Below are positions 27,200 to 40,588 of a DNA stretch of 64,000 bases, piece by piece. Position 1 is the first letter of the stretch. Each line of letters opens with the position of its first letter. This stretch comes from Octopus vulgaris (Eukaryota): positions 55,056,001 to 55,120,000 of the forward strand of contig OX597831.1 in assembly GCA_951406725.2 (NCBI GenBank), written 5' to 3'. Position numbers and translations under genes: made by a program. Below the pieces are notes generated by a model. It ran no database searches. It had not been told where the DNA came from and saw nothing but the letters and a program-made list of their open reading frames with translations.

Positions 27200-27430
27200 G
27201 TGTGTATATGTTTATGTATCTGTGTTTGTCTCCCCACCATCGCTTGACAACCGATGGTGGTGTGTTTACGTCCCCGTAACTTAGCGGTTCGGCAGAAGGG
27301 GCCGATAGAATAAGTACTAGGCTTACAAAGAATAAGTCCTGGGGTCGATTTGCTTGACTAAAAGGCGGTGCTCCAGCATGGCTGCAGTCAAATGACTGAA
27401 ACAAGTAAAAGAGAAAAGAGAAAAGAGAAA
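26996..27430 (+). mobile_element. Abundant SINE family A, representative copy (at least 15 copies or fragments in the window, e.g. 930-1328-, 1333-1720-, 5495-5915-, 13800-14275+, 27985-28397-, 29912-30310+, 41760-42165+, 51325-51700-, 58262-58600-)
   Basis: tRNA-like head, internal (TA/TG)n microsatellite, tail atgactgaaacaagtaaaagag. Confidence 0.9.
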
Positions 27431-27431
27431 G

Positions 27432-27650
27432 AGGTGAAAATAGATACCATTTCTTCTCATTCGTAGTTGTGCAATCAACATTAAGAAAAGGATCAGCTTC
27501 AGAATCTTTTGATCTAATAATTTATGCAAATTTTTGAAAGTGCAAAACCATCGAACCCATATAACTATGAATAGTCCGTTAAGAAAATTTAAATACAAGA
27601 AATTAATGATCACCCCATCCTCACCACGTCCATCATCCGACACCATGCAG
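27432..27650 (-). mobile_element. Mariner transposase fragment
   Basis: Minus strand DPFLNVDCTTTNEKKWYLF resembles the PFL...TGDEKW motif. Confidence 0.45.
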
Positions 27651-28944
27651 TAATTGAAAATTAGTCAAGCTGAGTGAAAACCAGTAAATGAATTCGATAT
27701 TTTTTTTTATGAGTCAAGCATTTTATAGAATAATAATTGAAAACACAGAATCATTAATGAAATCACTTTTACATTTTAATTAACAGACTTAAGTGTTTAT
27801 AATGTGGCAAATGCTACAGTGTAAAAGTTAAGCTTTTGGCAAACTGAAGCTTTTATCTTTCATCCTTCAGTTCTTACCTGTATTTGCTATTAGTCTGCGA
27901 CCATGCTGGGGCATCACTTTGAAAGGTTTAGTTAGACAAATCAACTCCAGTTACTCATTTTCCTAAAGTATGGTACTTATTCTCTTTTACTCTTTTACTT
28001 GTTTCAGTCATTTGACTGTGGCCATGCTGGAGCACCACCTTTAGCCGAGCAAATCGAGCCCAGAACTCATTCTTTGTAAGCCGAGTACTTATTCTATCGG
28101 AATCTTTTGCCAAACTGCTAAGTTACAGGGACGTAAACACACCACCATCAGTTGTCAAGCAATGCTAGGGGGACAAACACAGACACACCAACTTTTACAC
28201 ACACATACATACATATATATATGTACATATATATGACAGGCTTCTTTCAGTTTCCGTCTACCAAATCCACTCACAAGGCTTTGGTCGGCCCGAGGCTATA
28301 GTAGAAGACACTTGCTAAGGTGCCATGCAGTGGGACTGAACCCAGAAACATGTGGTTGGTAAGCAAGCTACTTACCACACAGTCACTCCTGCACCTATAA
28401 AAGAATTAACGCTGCGATTCTATCAATTTCTTTTGCCAAACTGCTATGTTAAGGGGACATTAACAAATCACCACAGTTGTCAAGTGGTGTGCGAAGACAC
28501 ACACAGACATACACACACACACACATGCACACAAACAGATTAAGTCGATCATATCGACCCCAGTGTGTAACTGGTCCTTTTTTTAATTGACCCTGAAAGG
28601 ATGAAAGGCAAAGTCGACCTCGGCGGAATTTGAACTCAAAACGTAACAGCATACGAAATACGGCTGCGCATTTCGGCCGGCGTGCTAACGTTTCTGCCAG
28701 CTCACTGCCTTTTTGATACCAACCTGCCTCAGACTCTATAACATAAACTTACTGTTTTAAAGTAGTCTGAATTATAATCTTCTGTCAAAATTTTTATGCT
28801 AGTTTGTTCCAGATCTCAGCTTAATGATGACAAAGTTATTTTACCTAAATACTTCGTTATTTAAAAAAATTAATTGAAACAAAGACAAGATATATTGACA
28901 GAAATATGGTAACAAAAGGGTTAATAATAAACACTAATGAACAT

Positions 28945-29325
28945 CATCATCATTGTTCGACCGTGGTCGAGACAATGGAATTTACCATGCTACGCCAGAC
29001 TTCACAGTCCATCATGGCATTACGGAGGTCCTGTTGCTGGATGCCTGTATCCCTGGAGATTACATCAGGGTAGGAGAGTGTTTTACAGCTGATGAGGTGT
29101 TTGTTTGGTGTTGTTTGGTTGGGAGCTGACTCTTCTCCATCAGGTGATACCCGTCTGTTAAGATTGAGGGCATCACCGTCAATGGATGCCCTTGGAGGTG
29201 CAACATGATCAGAGACAGGACCCGGCAAAGCAAGGGCTGGACCTACATCTGCAGGTATACCATTAGGTCTGGTTCCCTGGGGAAGAGGAACCCTGGTGCA
29301 GTTAATTGTAAATTCCATAGTCTTT
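28945..29325 (-). mobile_element. Internally deleted RTE-like LINE derivative
   Basis: The 3' end (LSYPDVISRDTG...VWRSMVNSIVSTTVEQ* plus TGA repeats) is nearly identical to 51843-51980 but is joined to a different upstream segment. Confidence 0.7.
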
Positions 29326-30329
29326 TCAAATGGCTAATAATGTGTGCACGCGCCACTACTACACACATGAACAATTGAGATCATTTGAGCTTTTTACAAT
29401 AAATCACAACATCCACTCAAGCATTTCCTCACACCTCCTCTCCATGCCCTTCATACACTTTCCCCACCAATGCATTCATTACACTCCCAACACCAGTCCC
29501 CACACTATGTGTGTGACAGGGTTTCAAGATAACTAGTTGAGTCTATTGCCCTGTCATTCATAATGCCAACCATCTTTACACACATCACTTGACAGTTGCT
29601 CAGACAATCAAACAGGATTAGTATTAAACTGTGCCATTTAATAGGGCAATTAATATTCTCTCGTCTTTTGATGATGACATTTTCTCAAATATTTCAAACA
29701 GAATATTCATATCAAAAGACATTTGCAACCAAACAGCTAAGATAGTATTAAAAATATATAAAAGCAAATTGTAACAAAATAAAAAAAAAAATTGAAAATA
29801 TATATCATTTAAATGTTAAAGACATTTCTGTATGTTATAGACATGATAGTAATTCTGTTGATAAATTTGAATTCAAATACACAGTAACAGTGTTCCATTT
29901 AATAAATATATAGGTGTAGGTATGGCTGGGTGGCAAGAGGTTTGCTTTCCAGCCACATGGTTGTGGGTTCAGTTCCACTGAGTGGCACATTAGGAATCTG
30001 CTATAGCCCTGGGCCAACCAAAGCTTTGAGAGTGAATTTGATAGGTGTAGACTGTAAAAAGTCCATCGTATATATCTATGTATGTATCTAGTCTCTGTAT
30101 TTGTGTCTGTCTCCCTACCATCACTTGACAACCATTGTTGGTTTGTTTACATCCCCATAACTTGGCAGTTCAGCGAAAAGAGACCAGTAGAATAAGTAGC
30201 AAGTTTAAATTTTAAAAAAACCTACAAGTACTGGGGTCAATTTGTTTGACTAAAACCTCTCCAAGTGGTGGTGCCCCAGCATAGCTGCAGTTCAATGATT
30301 GAAACAATTAAGGTATACACACACATACT

Positions 30330-30367
<38 letters not shown>

Positions 30368-30368
<1 letters not shown>

Positions 30369-31581
30369 CATCATCAACATCATCATCATCATTTAGTATT
30401 TGTTTTCCATGCTGGCATGGGGTGGACTATTCAGATAGTGCTTTTTACATGCCACCAGCACAGGAGCCAGTCAGGGGGTACTGGTATCAACCATGTTCAG
30501 ATGGTACTTTTTACAAACCACCAGCATGGGAGCCAGTCAAGGGACACTGGCATCAATCACGTTTGGATGATGCATTTTATGTGCCACCGGATCAGGAGCC
30601 AGTCAGGGGTCACTGGCCACAGCTATGATTTTGGTTTTACTTGACTCAACAGGACTTCTCAAGCATATCATATTGCCTGATGCATCAGAAGTCCTCTTAA
30701 ATGGGCCGGACATGCAACACTGGCATCGGCCATGGCTGCGATCTCACTTTAGTTGCCGGGTCTTCTCAATCACAGTATATCTCCAAAGGTCTCGGTCTCC
30801 TGTCATTGCCTTGGTGAGGTCCAATTTTCAAAGGTCATGCTTCACCACCTCATCCCATATCTTCCTGGGCCTACCACTTCCACAGGTTCCTTCCACAGTT
30901 ATGGAGTGGCACTACCTCACACAGCTGTCCTCATCCATACATAACACCTGACCGTACCAGCACAGTTGTCTCTCTTGTACACCACATCTGATGCTTCTTA
31001 TGCCCAACTTTTCTCTCAGGGTGCTTACTAGTTGTGTATGTACACTGACACTACACATCCAGTGGATCATACTAGCTTCATTTTCTTCAAGCCTATGCAT
31101 GTCCTCAGCAGTCATGGCCCATGTTTCCCTGCCGTGTAGCATGGCAGTACACACACATGCATCATACAGTCTACCTTTCATCCTGAGCAAGAAGCTCTTA
31201 GTTACCAGCAGAGGTAGGAGCTCTCTGAACTTTGCCCAGGCTATTCTTATTCTAGCCGCTACACTCTCAGAGCAACCACCCCCACTACAGACTTGGTCAC
31301 CTAGGTAGCGGAAGCTACTAACTACTTCTAGTTTTTCCCCCTGGCATGTAATGGAATCTGTTTTCTGCACATCTTCAGAGTTTGTTGCCACTGTGCACCT
31401 GCCACACACAAAAACTATCTTCCCAGGTAACCTTCCTTTGATATTGCTGCACTTTTTATGCATCCATAGCTGACACCAGGTACATTGTATGGAATTTCTA
31501 CCCATGCCTTTTCTACAGATCAAGCAGAGCCATGTACCTGAAGGGGTTTGTGATTTGTCAGCCTTCCTACTTACTAAGACT
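30368..31581 (-). mobile_element. Second, shorter RTE LINE copy of the same family
   Basis: ORF 30912..31523 aligns to the Cys-finger and post-RT region of 46139..47788; (GAT)n tail. Confidence 0.92.
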
Positions 31582-31680
31582 TTGTCCTAAAATTTTTGTT
31601 GTGTCTTGCAACCTTTTCAATAGTTTTGAGAGTCAAAACTATTGAAAAGGTTGCAAGATGCAATGAAAATTTAAGGACAA
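31582..31680. repeat. Palindrome with 26-bp perfect arms (about 48 bp imperfect) and a 3-nt loop
   Basis: tcttgcaaccttttcaatagttttga-gag-tcaaaactattgaaaaggttgcaaga. Confidence 0.95.
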
Positions 31681-32337
31681 TAAAAATAAGAAAAACGTGG
31701 AAATTTTACCGGTGAGTGCGTTACATAATAAAATGTTACAAAATAAAATGACTCTCCCCAAACACAAAAATGCTTCAATACACAAACTCATATAAAGAAT
31801 CTTGCAAACCAAATCCAAAAACGAAATACTGGGATAGATTTATTTGACTAAACCCATCAAAGTGGTGCTCTAATAAGGCTGCAAGCCAGTGATTGAAACA
31901 AGTGAAAGAACAGAATATAAGACCCATGTTAGACTCCAAGTGTAACAGGAAATAATGTCCTTATATGGCTGTCACAGCTTCCATTTCCTCCACCTATGAA
32001 ATCAATAAAGCTGATCATAGATGAATATCACTGATATCAAAAGGTCAAGCAATTGACTTATTTATCACAGTATTGCAAAGAATAAATATATAAATATCTA
32101 TTCTTATCTACAATATAATAATGTATTTATAATACATTTTCTGTTCAGTCGTTGAGAGAGTTAAAGAAAGAGACAGAAAAAGAGAGAGAGAGAGAATGTG
32201 TATGTGTGTGTGTGTGCATGTAAGAGTAAGTAAGAGGGAGAGGAAGATATTGATTTGATTTTTTGAAGAGAAACCAATCAATAAATGAGAAATGATGAAG
32301 GAAGAATAGTTGTCAACCAATCCATTTCTAAATAATG

Positions 32338-32382
<45 letters not shown>

Positions 32383-32429
32383 AGTGAGAGATCATTATCA
32401 TTATTATTATTCTAGCAGAATAATAATAA

Positions 32430-32621
32430 TAATAACGGCAAAATGCTTAGCAGCATTTCGTCTGTCTTTATGTTCTGCATTCAAATTCTGCCAAGGTCAA
32501 CTTTGCCATTCACCCTTTTGGGACTGATAAAAAAACAGTACCAGTCGAGTACTGGGGTCAATGTAATTGACTTAATCCCCTCCCCCGAAATTGTTGGCCT
32601 TGTGTCAAAATTTGAAAACTA

Positions 32622-32665
<44 letters not shown>

Positions 32666-33328
32666 ACAGAATTGTAAGCCTGCCAAGCAAAATGTTTAGT
32701 GGCATTTCATACATCTTTATGTTCAGAGTTCAAATTCTGCCAAGGTCAACTTTGTCTTTCATCCTTTCAGGGTTAATAAAATAAGTACCAGTTAAGCATT
32801 GAGGGAGGGAGGGGAGGTAATTGATTTACCCCTCCCCCAAACTTGCTGGTCTTATGCTAAAATGTGAAATCATTATTATTATTATTAAGGCAGTGAGCTG
32901 GCAGAGTTGTTAGCATGCAGGGCAAAATGCTTGGCAGTATTTTGCCCATCACTACATTCTGAGTTCAAATTTCACCAAGGTTGACTTTGCCTTTCATCCT
33001 TTTGGGGTCGATAAATTAAGTAGTAGAGTACTGGAGTTGATATAATCGATTATCCCCCTCCCCAATTTCAGGCCTTGTGCCTATAGTAGAAAGGATTATT
33101 ATTATTATCATTATTATTAGGCAGTGAGATGGCAGAAGCATTAACATGCCAGGCAAAATGCTTAGCGGCATTTCGTCCATCATTACATTTTGAGTCCAAA
33201 ATTATGTCAAGGTGGACTTTGCTTTCGTCTTTTCAGGATCAATAAAAAAAGGAACAGTTGAGCCCTGGGGTTGGTATAATCAACTTCCCCCCACCAAATT
33301 TCAGGACTTGTACCTATAGTTGAAAGGA

Positions 33329-33367
<39 letters not shown>

Positions 33368-33470
33368 GGCAGTGAGATGGCAGAAGTATTAACATGCCAA
33401 GCAAAATGCTTAGTGGTATTTCGACCATCTTTACATTCTGAGTCCAAAATTATGCCAATGAACAACTTTG
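32430..33470 (+). repeat. Head-to-tail cluster of about 5 family B SINEs separated by (TTA)n
   Basis: Repeated gcaaaatgcttag...gagttcaaatt...gcctttcatcc units. Confidence 0.88.
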
Positions 33471-34244
33471 CAAGTTTAACTTGGTGTTTATTGAACAAGA
33501 GAGGTGTGAAATTTAAGAAGCAACTTGTTAGAATATACACGTCTGTGAGGAAACATAAACAAGAATAGCAAAAATCAACTATACCAAAAGAACTGGTAAT
33601 ACATAGATTTCAAGTGTTCTATGAAGGGAACCTAAGATTGCTGCATAATTCAACATGAGTGTGAAGCAACATTAAACATTGTATAAGGTAAATGAAAGTT
33701 TCTGTAGGAACGCTAAGTCATATTCACTTAGTGAGTTCACACATGCAAAGATGAATTATGATGTTGTCATCGGCGATGATGAATTTCATTGTCCTAATGC
33801 GGAGAAAGCGAGCAATAGCTTCCTGGAGGCAAACACAAGCTAGACTCCTTAAGCGAAGAAAAGCTGATCTATTTAAGGAAATTGCTGGGCTCCTTTGCGA
33901 CAGGTAGAAATTCCAAGCAATGTAAAATATGACCTGGACTGTAATTACCAGCATGAAGGTAAAACTTTAAGAAGTAGTTAACCATTTAATGGTTTCAGTA
34001 AATTTATAAAGAAAAAGTAAGCATTATACTGTCCAGCATAAATAAAAATCAACTTCATTATATTTTTTTTGTAAAAACCTATTCTGACATTAAATGAGTC
34101 AACTTCCTGTACGTTATTCTCCAACAAAAAAATTTCTAAAAATATCCTGGAAACAATCTGCCCATGTGATTTACGGACCTACTAAAGTTTATTTTTGTTT
34201 TTGCAAAAAAAATGCATAAATTACATGAGAAAACAATAAAATAC

Positions 34245-34358
34245 CTATTAGTGGGTTGTCTCGAACATCAAGCACCACCAGTGTGGTGTTATACTGCAAC
34301 ATCTTATTCATTGCTTTGCCTCCAAAATTTGAGATACCACAGTTCTGCATATCTAAAG
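34245..34358 (-). CDS. CEP78: CEP78 coding exon, LRR, 114 nt, phase 1 to 1
   Basis: tttacAG|CT TTA GAT...CTA ATA G|GTATT. Translates (A)[37 protein letters not shown], matching CEP78 ALDLQQCG...[15 protein letters not shown]. Its frame is not in the ORF track. Confidence 0.93.
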
Positions 34359-36194
34359 CTGTAAATAAAATAAAACAAAATACAATAAAATGATGTGAGT
34401 AAATATATGTGTGGGGGAGAGAGGAGGTTTAACTTGTGAGGCATGACAGGTTAATAACTTCTGAATGTAAGGCAGCAAGCTAGCCGAATCTTTAGCATGG
34501 CAGGCAAAATACTTAGTGGCATTTTGTCTGTCTTTATGTTCTAGTTCAAATTCCACCAGAGTCAATGTTACCTTTCATCCATTTGGGGGTCAATAAAACA
34601 AGTACCAGAATGGGGTTGATGCAATCAACTATGATCCCTTTCCCAAACTTGCTGTGCTAAAACTTGATCCAGTAATTTCTGGATGTGGTGAAATGAATTG
34701 ATAAAAGTCTACAATTATTAGAAAATTTATTTAATTGTTATGTTCAAGGGTTGGCTGAAAAGTTCATGGGCTGACCAAGATGTTCTCATCATGGAATGTG
34801 ACTAAATGAGGTTTAATTTTCAAAATAGTACCTCCCTGTGGTTCACACACTTCTTCCCTCAGTGGAAGTCCTAGCAACACAACAGGCAGTTCTGTAAGTC
34901 TTACCATGATTATCTGAGATAACTATACCTGACATGTCAAGTAATGTGGCTTCTTGTTGCTGTTTCAAGGATAACTAGAATCTTCCACTCTTTTTTAAAA
35001 ATTGTACAGAGAAATTAATTTATGCTTTGTTCATTCTTGTTTATATTCTTAAGACTAAGAGACTATCTTGAGGCATGGTGTTCCAGAATGTTTTTTTTTA
35101 ATGTTTGGTGGGGAAGAAATTCCTCAGGTCCAAAGCTTCCAGCTATTTTGTCACATGGGTAGAATTACCTCATTGGTAATAGCCTTAAAGTTTGGTCTTG
35201 ATGTTATGTGTACTCAAGACGACCCACCCACCACAACAGAGTACTCAAGAGCACCTGCCCATCATAACAGAACTGAGATCCTAAAACCAAGATGCCACAT
35301 AGGTGCTGGTGCCATGTAAAAAGCACTGGTGATGGTCCCACATAAAAATTCCCCAGTACACTCTGGAGTGATCACCATTAAGAAGGGCATCCAACCATGG
35401 AAACCAACACAAAATAGACAATGGGACCAGGTGTGGGTCCCTGGCCTTGCCAGTTCCTGTCAAGCTGTCCAACCCATGCCAGCATAGAAAAAAGACATTG
35501 AATGTTGATGATGATGATGATGTTACGTGTGCATGTATGTGCGTGCGTATACAAAAATGTCATAATTGACAAGAGAGATGTTGGCATTATTTATACTAAC
35601 AGTATTCTCAATGGAATTGTCATTAATATTCTTTGTCTATTCTTTTGTAATATGTGTCTGAGCGAATAAATATTTACTTGTGCTTTCTTGTGTATATTGT
35701 ATGTGTATGACAGTCTTGTTTTTGCAATATTTTCTTTTGAGAGGCTTGGGTCAAAATTTTTATAATCATTTTTTAATGTAGACAACATGAAAAAAAATTT
35801 TGTCTAAAAATATTGGCAAATTATCTCTCTATATATAAAACTGAGAATGTGTGTCTGTCTGTGTGTTTCCCTAAAACTTGATAACTACACAACCAATTTC
35901 ATTCAAATTTTACACATACCTTACTTAAGGTCTTAACTTTTTCCCTAGGGTGACCCCACAGCAATATCATATCTTCTCCACTATTTCAGTATTACGTGTT
36001 AAAAGTGAAACAAAAACATCTCTCTTTTGTAATGCAGACACTTTCACTATTAAAGTGAAAGTATTATATAACAGGGCTGAACCATTAACAATGGTCATCC
36101 ATTTTGCTAGAAGAAGATACGCTATGGTCTTATATGCTACACCACTGGTTTTCAATTCATATTAATCAAATTAATATTCAATTTTCACCCTTAT

Positions 36195-36227
<33 letters not shown>

Positions 36228-37019
36228 TAGCAATTCGTATAAAATTGCATCAATGACTTGAACTTGAATAAGTGGTTTCACATAAATGGGGATGAATTAA
36301 AAAGGTTTGTTGTTATTATTATTATTGTTTGACTATTGTAATCACGTTTGTTGGTTCCTCGTCAGGGAAACGTTGTTGTGTTGCATTTCTTAAATAATTG
36401 TAAACCGTAACCCTCCCCTTTCGGAGAAGGGGCTTTGGTTATTGTTTAAAAATTGAATTGTGTCCCTGTTTGGGGAAATTGACAATATTTTCACCGTCTT
36501 TATGGAAGCATTTTTGTTAAAATGCCTTCGATAGAAAAAAGTCCAAAAATGAATTTCGCTGCAGCCATACACTTCTATACAAGAGGGAGGACAAGATCCA
36601 ATTGATCAAAATTGCAAGAGACGGGTCTACAATTCCAGTCTGTTATATATTTTGAGTATTATCACTAGTGATATCAAGATATAACTTTGTATTTTGTATT
36701 TTATGTGTAGATGTATATATATAGATGTACATGTAATATGTACACATATATATACACATATATACATGCATAATATATCTACCCATACACACACACACAC
36801 ACATAGGGGCAGGTGTGGCTGTGTGGTAACAAACTACGTTCCAAACACATAGTTCTGGGTTCAGTCCCACTGTGTGGTGACTTGGCATGTGTCTTCTGCT
36901 GTAGCCTCAGACTAACAAAAGCCTTCTCAGTGGATTTTGTACATATATACAGGCGTACATACATATATATACATGCATACGTACATATTCGGCATAAACA
37001 CTCTACCACTACAACTAAT

Positions 37020-39142
37020 AACTGTTGGGAACACTTTCAAACCTGCCTTACATTCGAACCGGAATCTCAACGCCCAAGTTTTCCATCTCAAGTTAATCTC
37101 TCTCATGCAGTTCATACAAAAAGGGCAAGTCTTTGGGCCCATACAATGTGACATGTACACAATCGAGTGGCAAAAAAGGGGCCTTCCACATGCTCATATC
37201 CTTCTTTGGCTCTCAGCGAAGATCAATTCCAATGACATCGACAACATAATCTCTGCAGAGCTTCCTGATCCAGCTTTAGACAAAGAACTATACGAAATAG
37301 TTAAAGCAAACATAGTACATGGTCCATGTGGGTGTGGATTCAACATAAACTCACCATGCTTGAAGGACAGTATATGTTCAAAAAGATTTCCAAGGAGGAT
37401 CCTACAAGAAACTCAGACAGGTGCTGATGGGTATCCATCATACAGACGCAGAAAACCAGAAGACGGAGGTTTCACAGCAACTATCGGACAACACGATATT
37501 GATAATAGATGGATTGTTCCATACTGCCCACTCCTGTCAAAGACGTTCAATGCCCACATCAACGTTGAGTTTTGCAACTCCGTTAAATCCATCAAGTACG
37601 TTTGCAAATATGTAAACAAGGGTTCTGACGCTGCAATGTTTGGACTTCAACAAGATTACTGCCAGGATGAGGTGACGCATTATCAGGTGGGATGGTACAT
37701 AAGTAGCAACGAGGCTTTCTGGTGCATCTTTGGCTTTCCAATTCACCAATGACACCCCGCCATTCAACAGCTTGCAGTGCACCTGGAAAATGGTCAAAGA
37801 GTGAACTTCACCAATGCTAATGCTTCTCTGTTGGCAGAGGAACCAAGGGATAGCACACTCACTGCATTTTTCAAGCTTTGTCAAGTGGATTGATTCGCTC
37901 AAACCTTGCTGTATCCACAGATTTCATCGTACTACACTTGGAATGGAAAAAAATGGGCCCCAAGGAAAGCAGGTCAAAATGTTCATGGATACCCTGGCAT
38001 TAAGTTTCACACTTGCCTTGGGCGAATATACATAGTGCATCCCGCTCAACCATAGTGCTTCTAACTTCATCTACTACTGCATGAGGTCAGAGGGCCAACG
38101 TCTTTCCAGGCCCTAAAAACCGTTCATGGACATGTCTGCACAACATACAGAGAAGCCTGCTATCGATAGGGTCTGTTAGAAGATGGTGCACAATGGGATG
38201 CAACTTTAGGAGAGGCTGCTTTATCACAATCACCTAAAAGTCACCTAAAAGCATGCGAACTGTGTGATCCGGCCACTCTATGGCTCAAATATAGAGACAA
38301 CCTGGCTGAAGACTTTCAGCACCAAGCTCAACTGCTCTATCCTGACATGGAGGGTATCAGCAATGAAATCTATAACAAAACACTCATTGACATTGAAGAC
38401 AGAATTGCTAAACTGGGTGGAAATGAATTGTCAACCTATGGCCTGCCACAAGCATTCAGGTCAGAGTCAAATAGCCTTCCCACTGCTGTCATTCGTGAAA
38501 CAACCTATGACACTCAAGCGCTTTCAAAGTACATTGTTGAAAATGAGCCTAAATTACTTCCGGACCAGCTACAGGCCTACAGAACTATTCTTAACAGTGT
38601 ACGCCAACGCGAGGGACGAATCTTCTTCCTCGATGCTCCTGGAGAGACAGGAAAAACATTTATTACAAAGCTTCTCCTTGCAGAAGTTAGGCAGCATCAG
38701 GACATTGCAGTAGCTGTAGCCTCCTCTGGCATTGCAGCTACTTTGTTACCCGGTGGCAGGACAGCACACTCAACTTTTAAACTCCCTCTCAATTTAGCAG
38801 CATCCGAAATGCCTTCATGCAACATCAACAAAAGCTCAGATCAGGGACAAATACTTAAAATGCATCATCTAATTGTCTGGGATGAGTGCACTATGGCTCA
38901 CAAGGGAGCTTAGGAAGCATTAGATAGAGCCCAGAAAGATATCCGAGACTGTCAGGCTCCAATGGGAGGTATAATGCTTCTGTTGTCAGGTGATTTCAGG
39001 CAAACTCTTCCTGTCATTCCGAAAGGCACTAGAGCAGATGAAATTGTATGTTGGCTGCTCAAGAGTAGGAACCAAAAGAAACCTTTTTGTATATGCTCCA
39101 CAAGGAAAAACAAGGAACGTTGTTTACAATGAGGTGTTATAA
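37020..39142 (+). pseudogene. Helitron RepHel (HUH Rep plus PIF1-like helicase) pseudogene
   Basis: Rep motifs YTIEWQKRGLPHAHILLW and YVCKYVNKGSD; helicase motifs FLDAPGETGKT, VWDECTM and GDFRQTLP; C-terminus LYVGCSRV...NVVYNEVL*. Contains several stops, an 11-bp duplication frameshift near 38230 and a deletion near 39045. Confidence 0.92.
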
Positions 39143-39223
39143 TCTCAACAGCCAGGAGGTATATACGTGATCCCCTTTTTTTTTAACAAACTTCATGTAC
39201 TGTCATGTATTTATATATATATA

Positions 39224-39724
39224 CATGGGAAAATTCAAGCATGAAAAGTAATATTCTTAAGATTATAAACCTGGAAAAGTACGGGACAAGTTATGACACC
39301 TGTAAACGTATAGGACAAACTACTACTTCAAGTAAAATAAAGAATAAGAAACTTTTTACTTAAAATATTGCACCAAAAATGCCACTTCTTCTAATTTATC
39401 ACTCTTTAGAATTCTCATCTTTTATTGCACAAAACTGTTCAGCTAATTTGCAAGTTTTTCTAATTAGTCACTTTTTTCTGTATTTAAAGTAGTAAAGTAG
39501 CCAAATTGTACTTAAATATGTATAGTGTTATTTGAAAACTATGATAAAATAATTTTTAATATTCAAATTTTAATTTTAGCTGCAATATTTTAAGTAAAAA
39601 GTTTCTTATTCTTTACTTGAAGTAATAGCTTGTCCTATACTCTTACAGGTGTAATAACTTGTCCTGTACTTTTCCGGGTTTATAATCTTAAGAATCTTAT
39701 TTTTCATGCTTGCATTTTTCCATG
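39224..39724. repeat. Long imperfect inverted repeat (arms about 39224-39372 and 39581-39724)
   Basis: aagaataagaaactttttacttaaaatattgca pairs with tgcaatattttaagtaaaaagtttcttattctt, and pairing continues out to catgggaaaa / tttttccatg. Confidence 0.9.
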
Positions 39725-40588
39725 CAATCCATGATTTTTCCAGACATTGCTGTTATAAGATAAGTAATAATGTGTCAATAATTTAAGATTTTACCTTATA
39801 AAATACTGAAAAATAATATTTCAATTTATCCATGTTGAATTTAAATATATGCTGTGATTGAATTATTTGATATTACCCATCTACACCAAATTTATGTTGT
39901 TTGTTGCACCATTGATCACCAAAAATTACAAACAACAAGATCCCAAAACGATCAGTTACCAGGCTCACCTTAAGTAACCTAATTTTGCAATATTAGGAGG
40001 TCACAGGAACTCATTCACCGAAAAAACATTTCCATCGATTCCGGGATTGGGAGGGTGAACCCCACCTAATTTTTTCCGAACCAAAATAAGGGATTTGCAG
40101 CACATTAGGAGGTCAATGTCTTGATTCCATGCAAAAAATCCATCAAAGACATTCCAGCCTTCGTCAAACCATCTTTTTAGGGATAATCTAGGACATGACA
40201 TACAATGGGCGTGTGATTTAGGTAGTGGGATACTTTGGGTGCTATTTTTAACTTGTGGAGCGACCAGGTAGAGGCTATTTCATTGGTTCGATTGCGTGAT
40301 AAGATTTTTTTTTACACATTTATGTAATATGTATATATATCAGCGGAAGAAGTTAGAGAGTAAGTAAAAAACTGAGAGTTTCGTGTATTGGCACTTATCA
40401 AACACGAATTTGTCCTTTGTCACTCTGTAACTTCAGACGAAATAACTTCTAAAGTACAGACTTTTATCCAAAACGTTAAGAGTAAACCCTGTTCTATGTG
40501 ACACATTCTACCAGTAACGAAAGTTTGAAAGTGTTTAGAAAAATTAATTAAAAGGACACACACAATATGGTCAAAACGTCATATTGTC

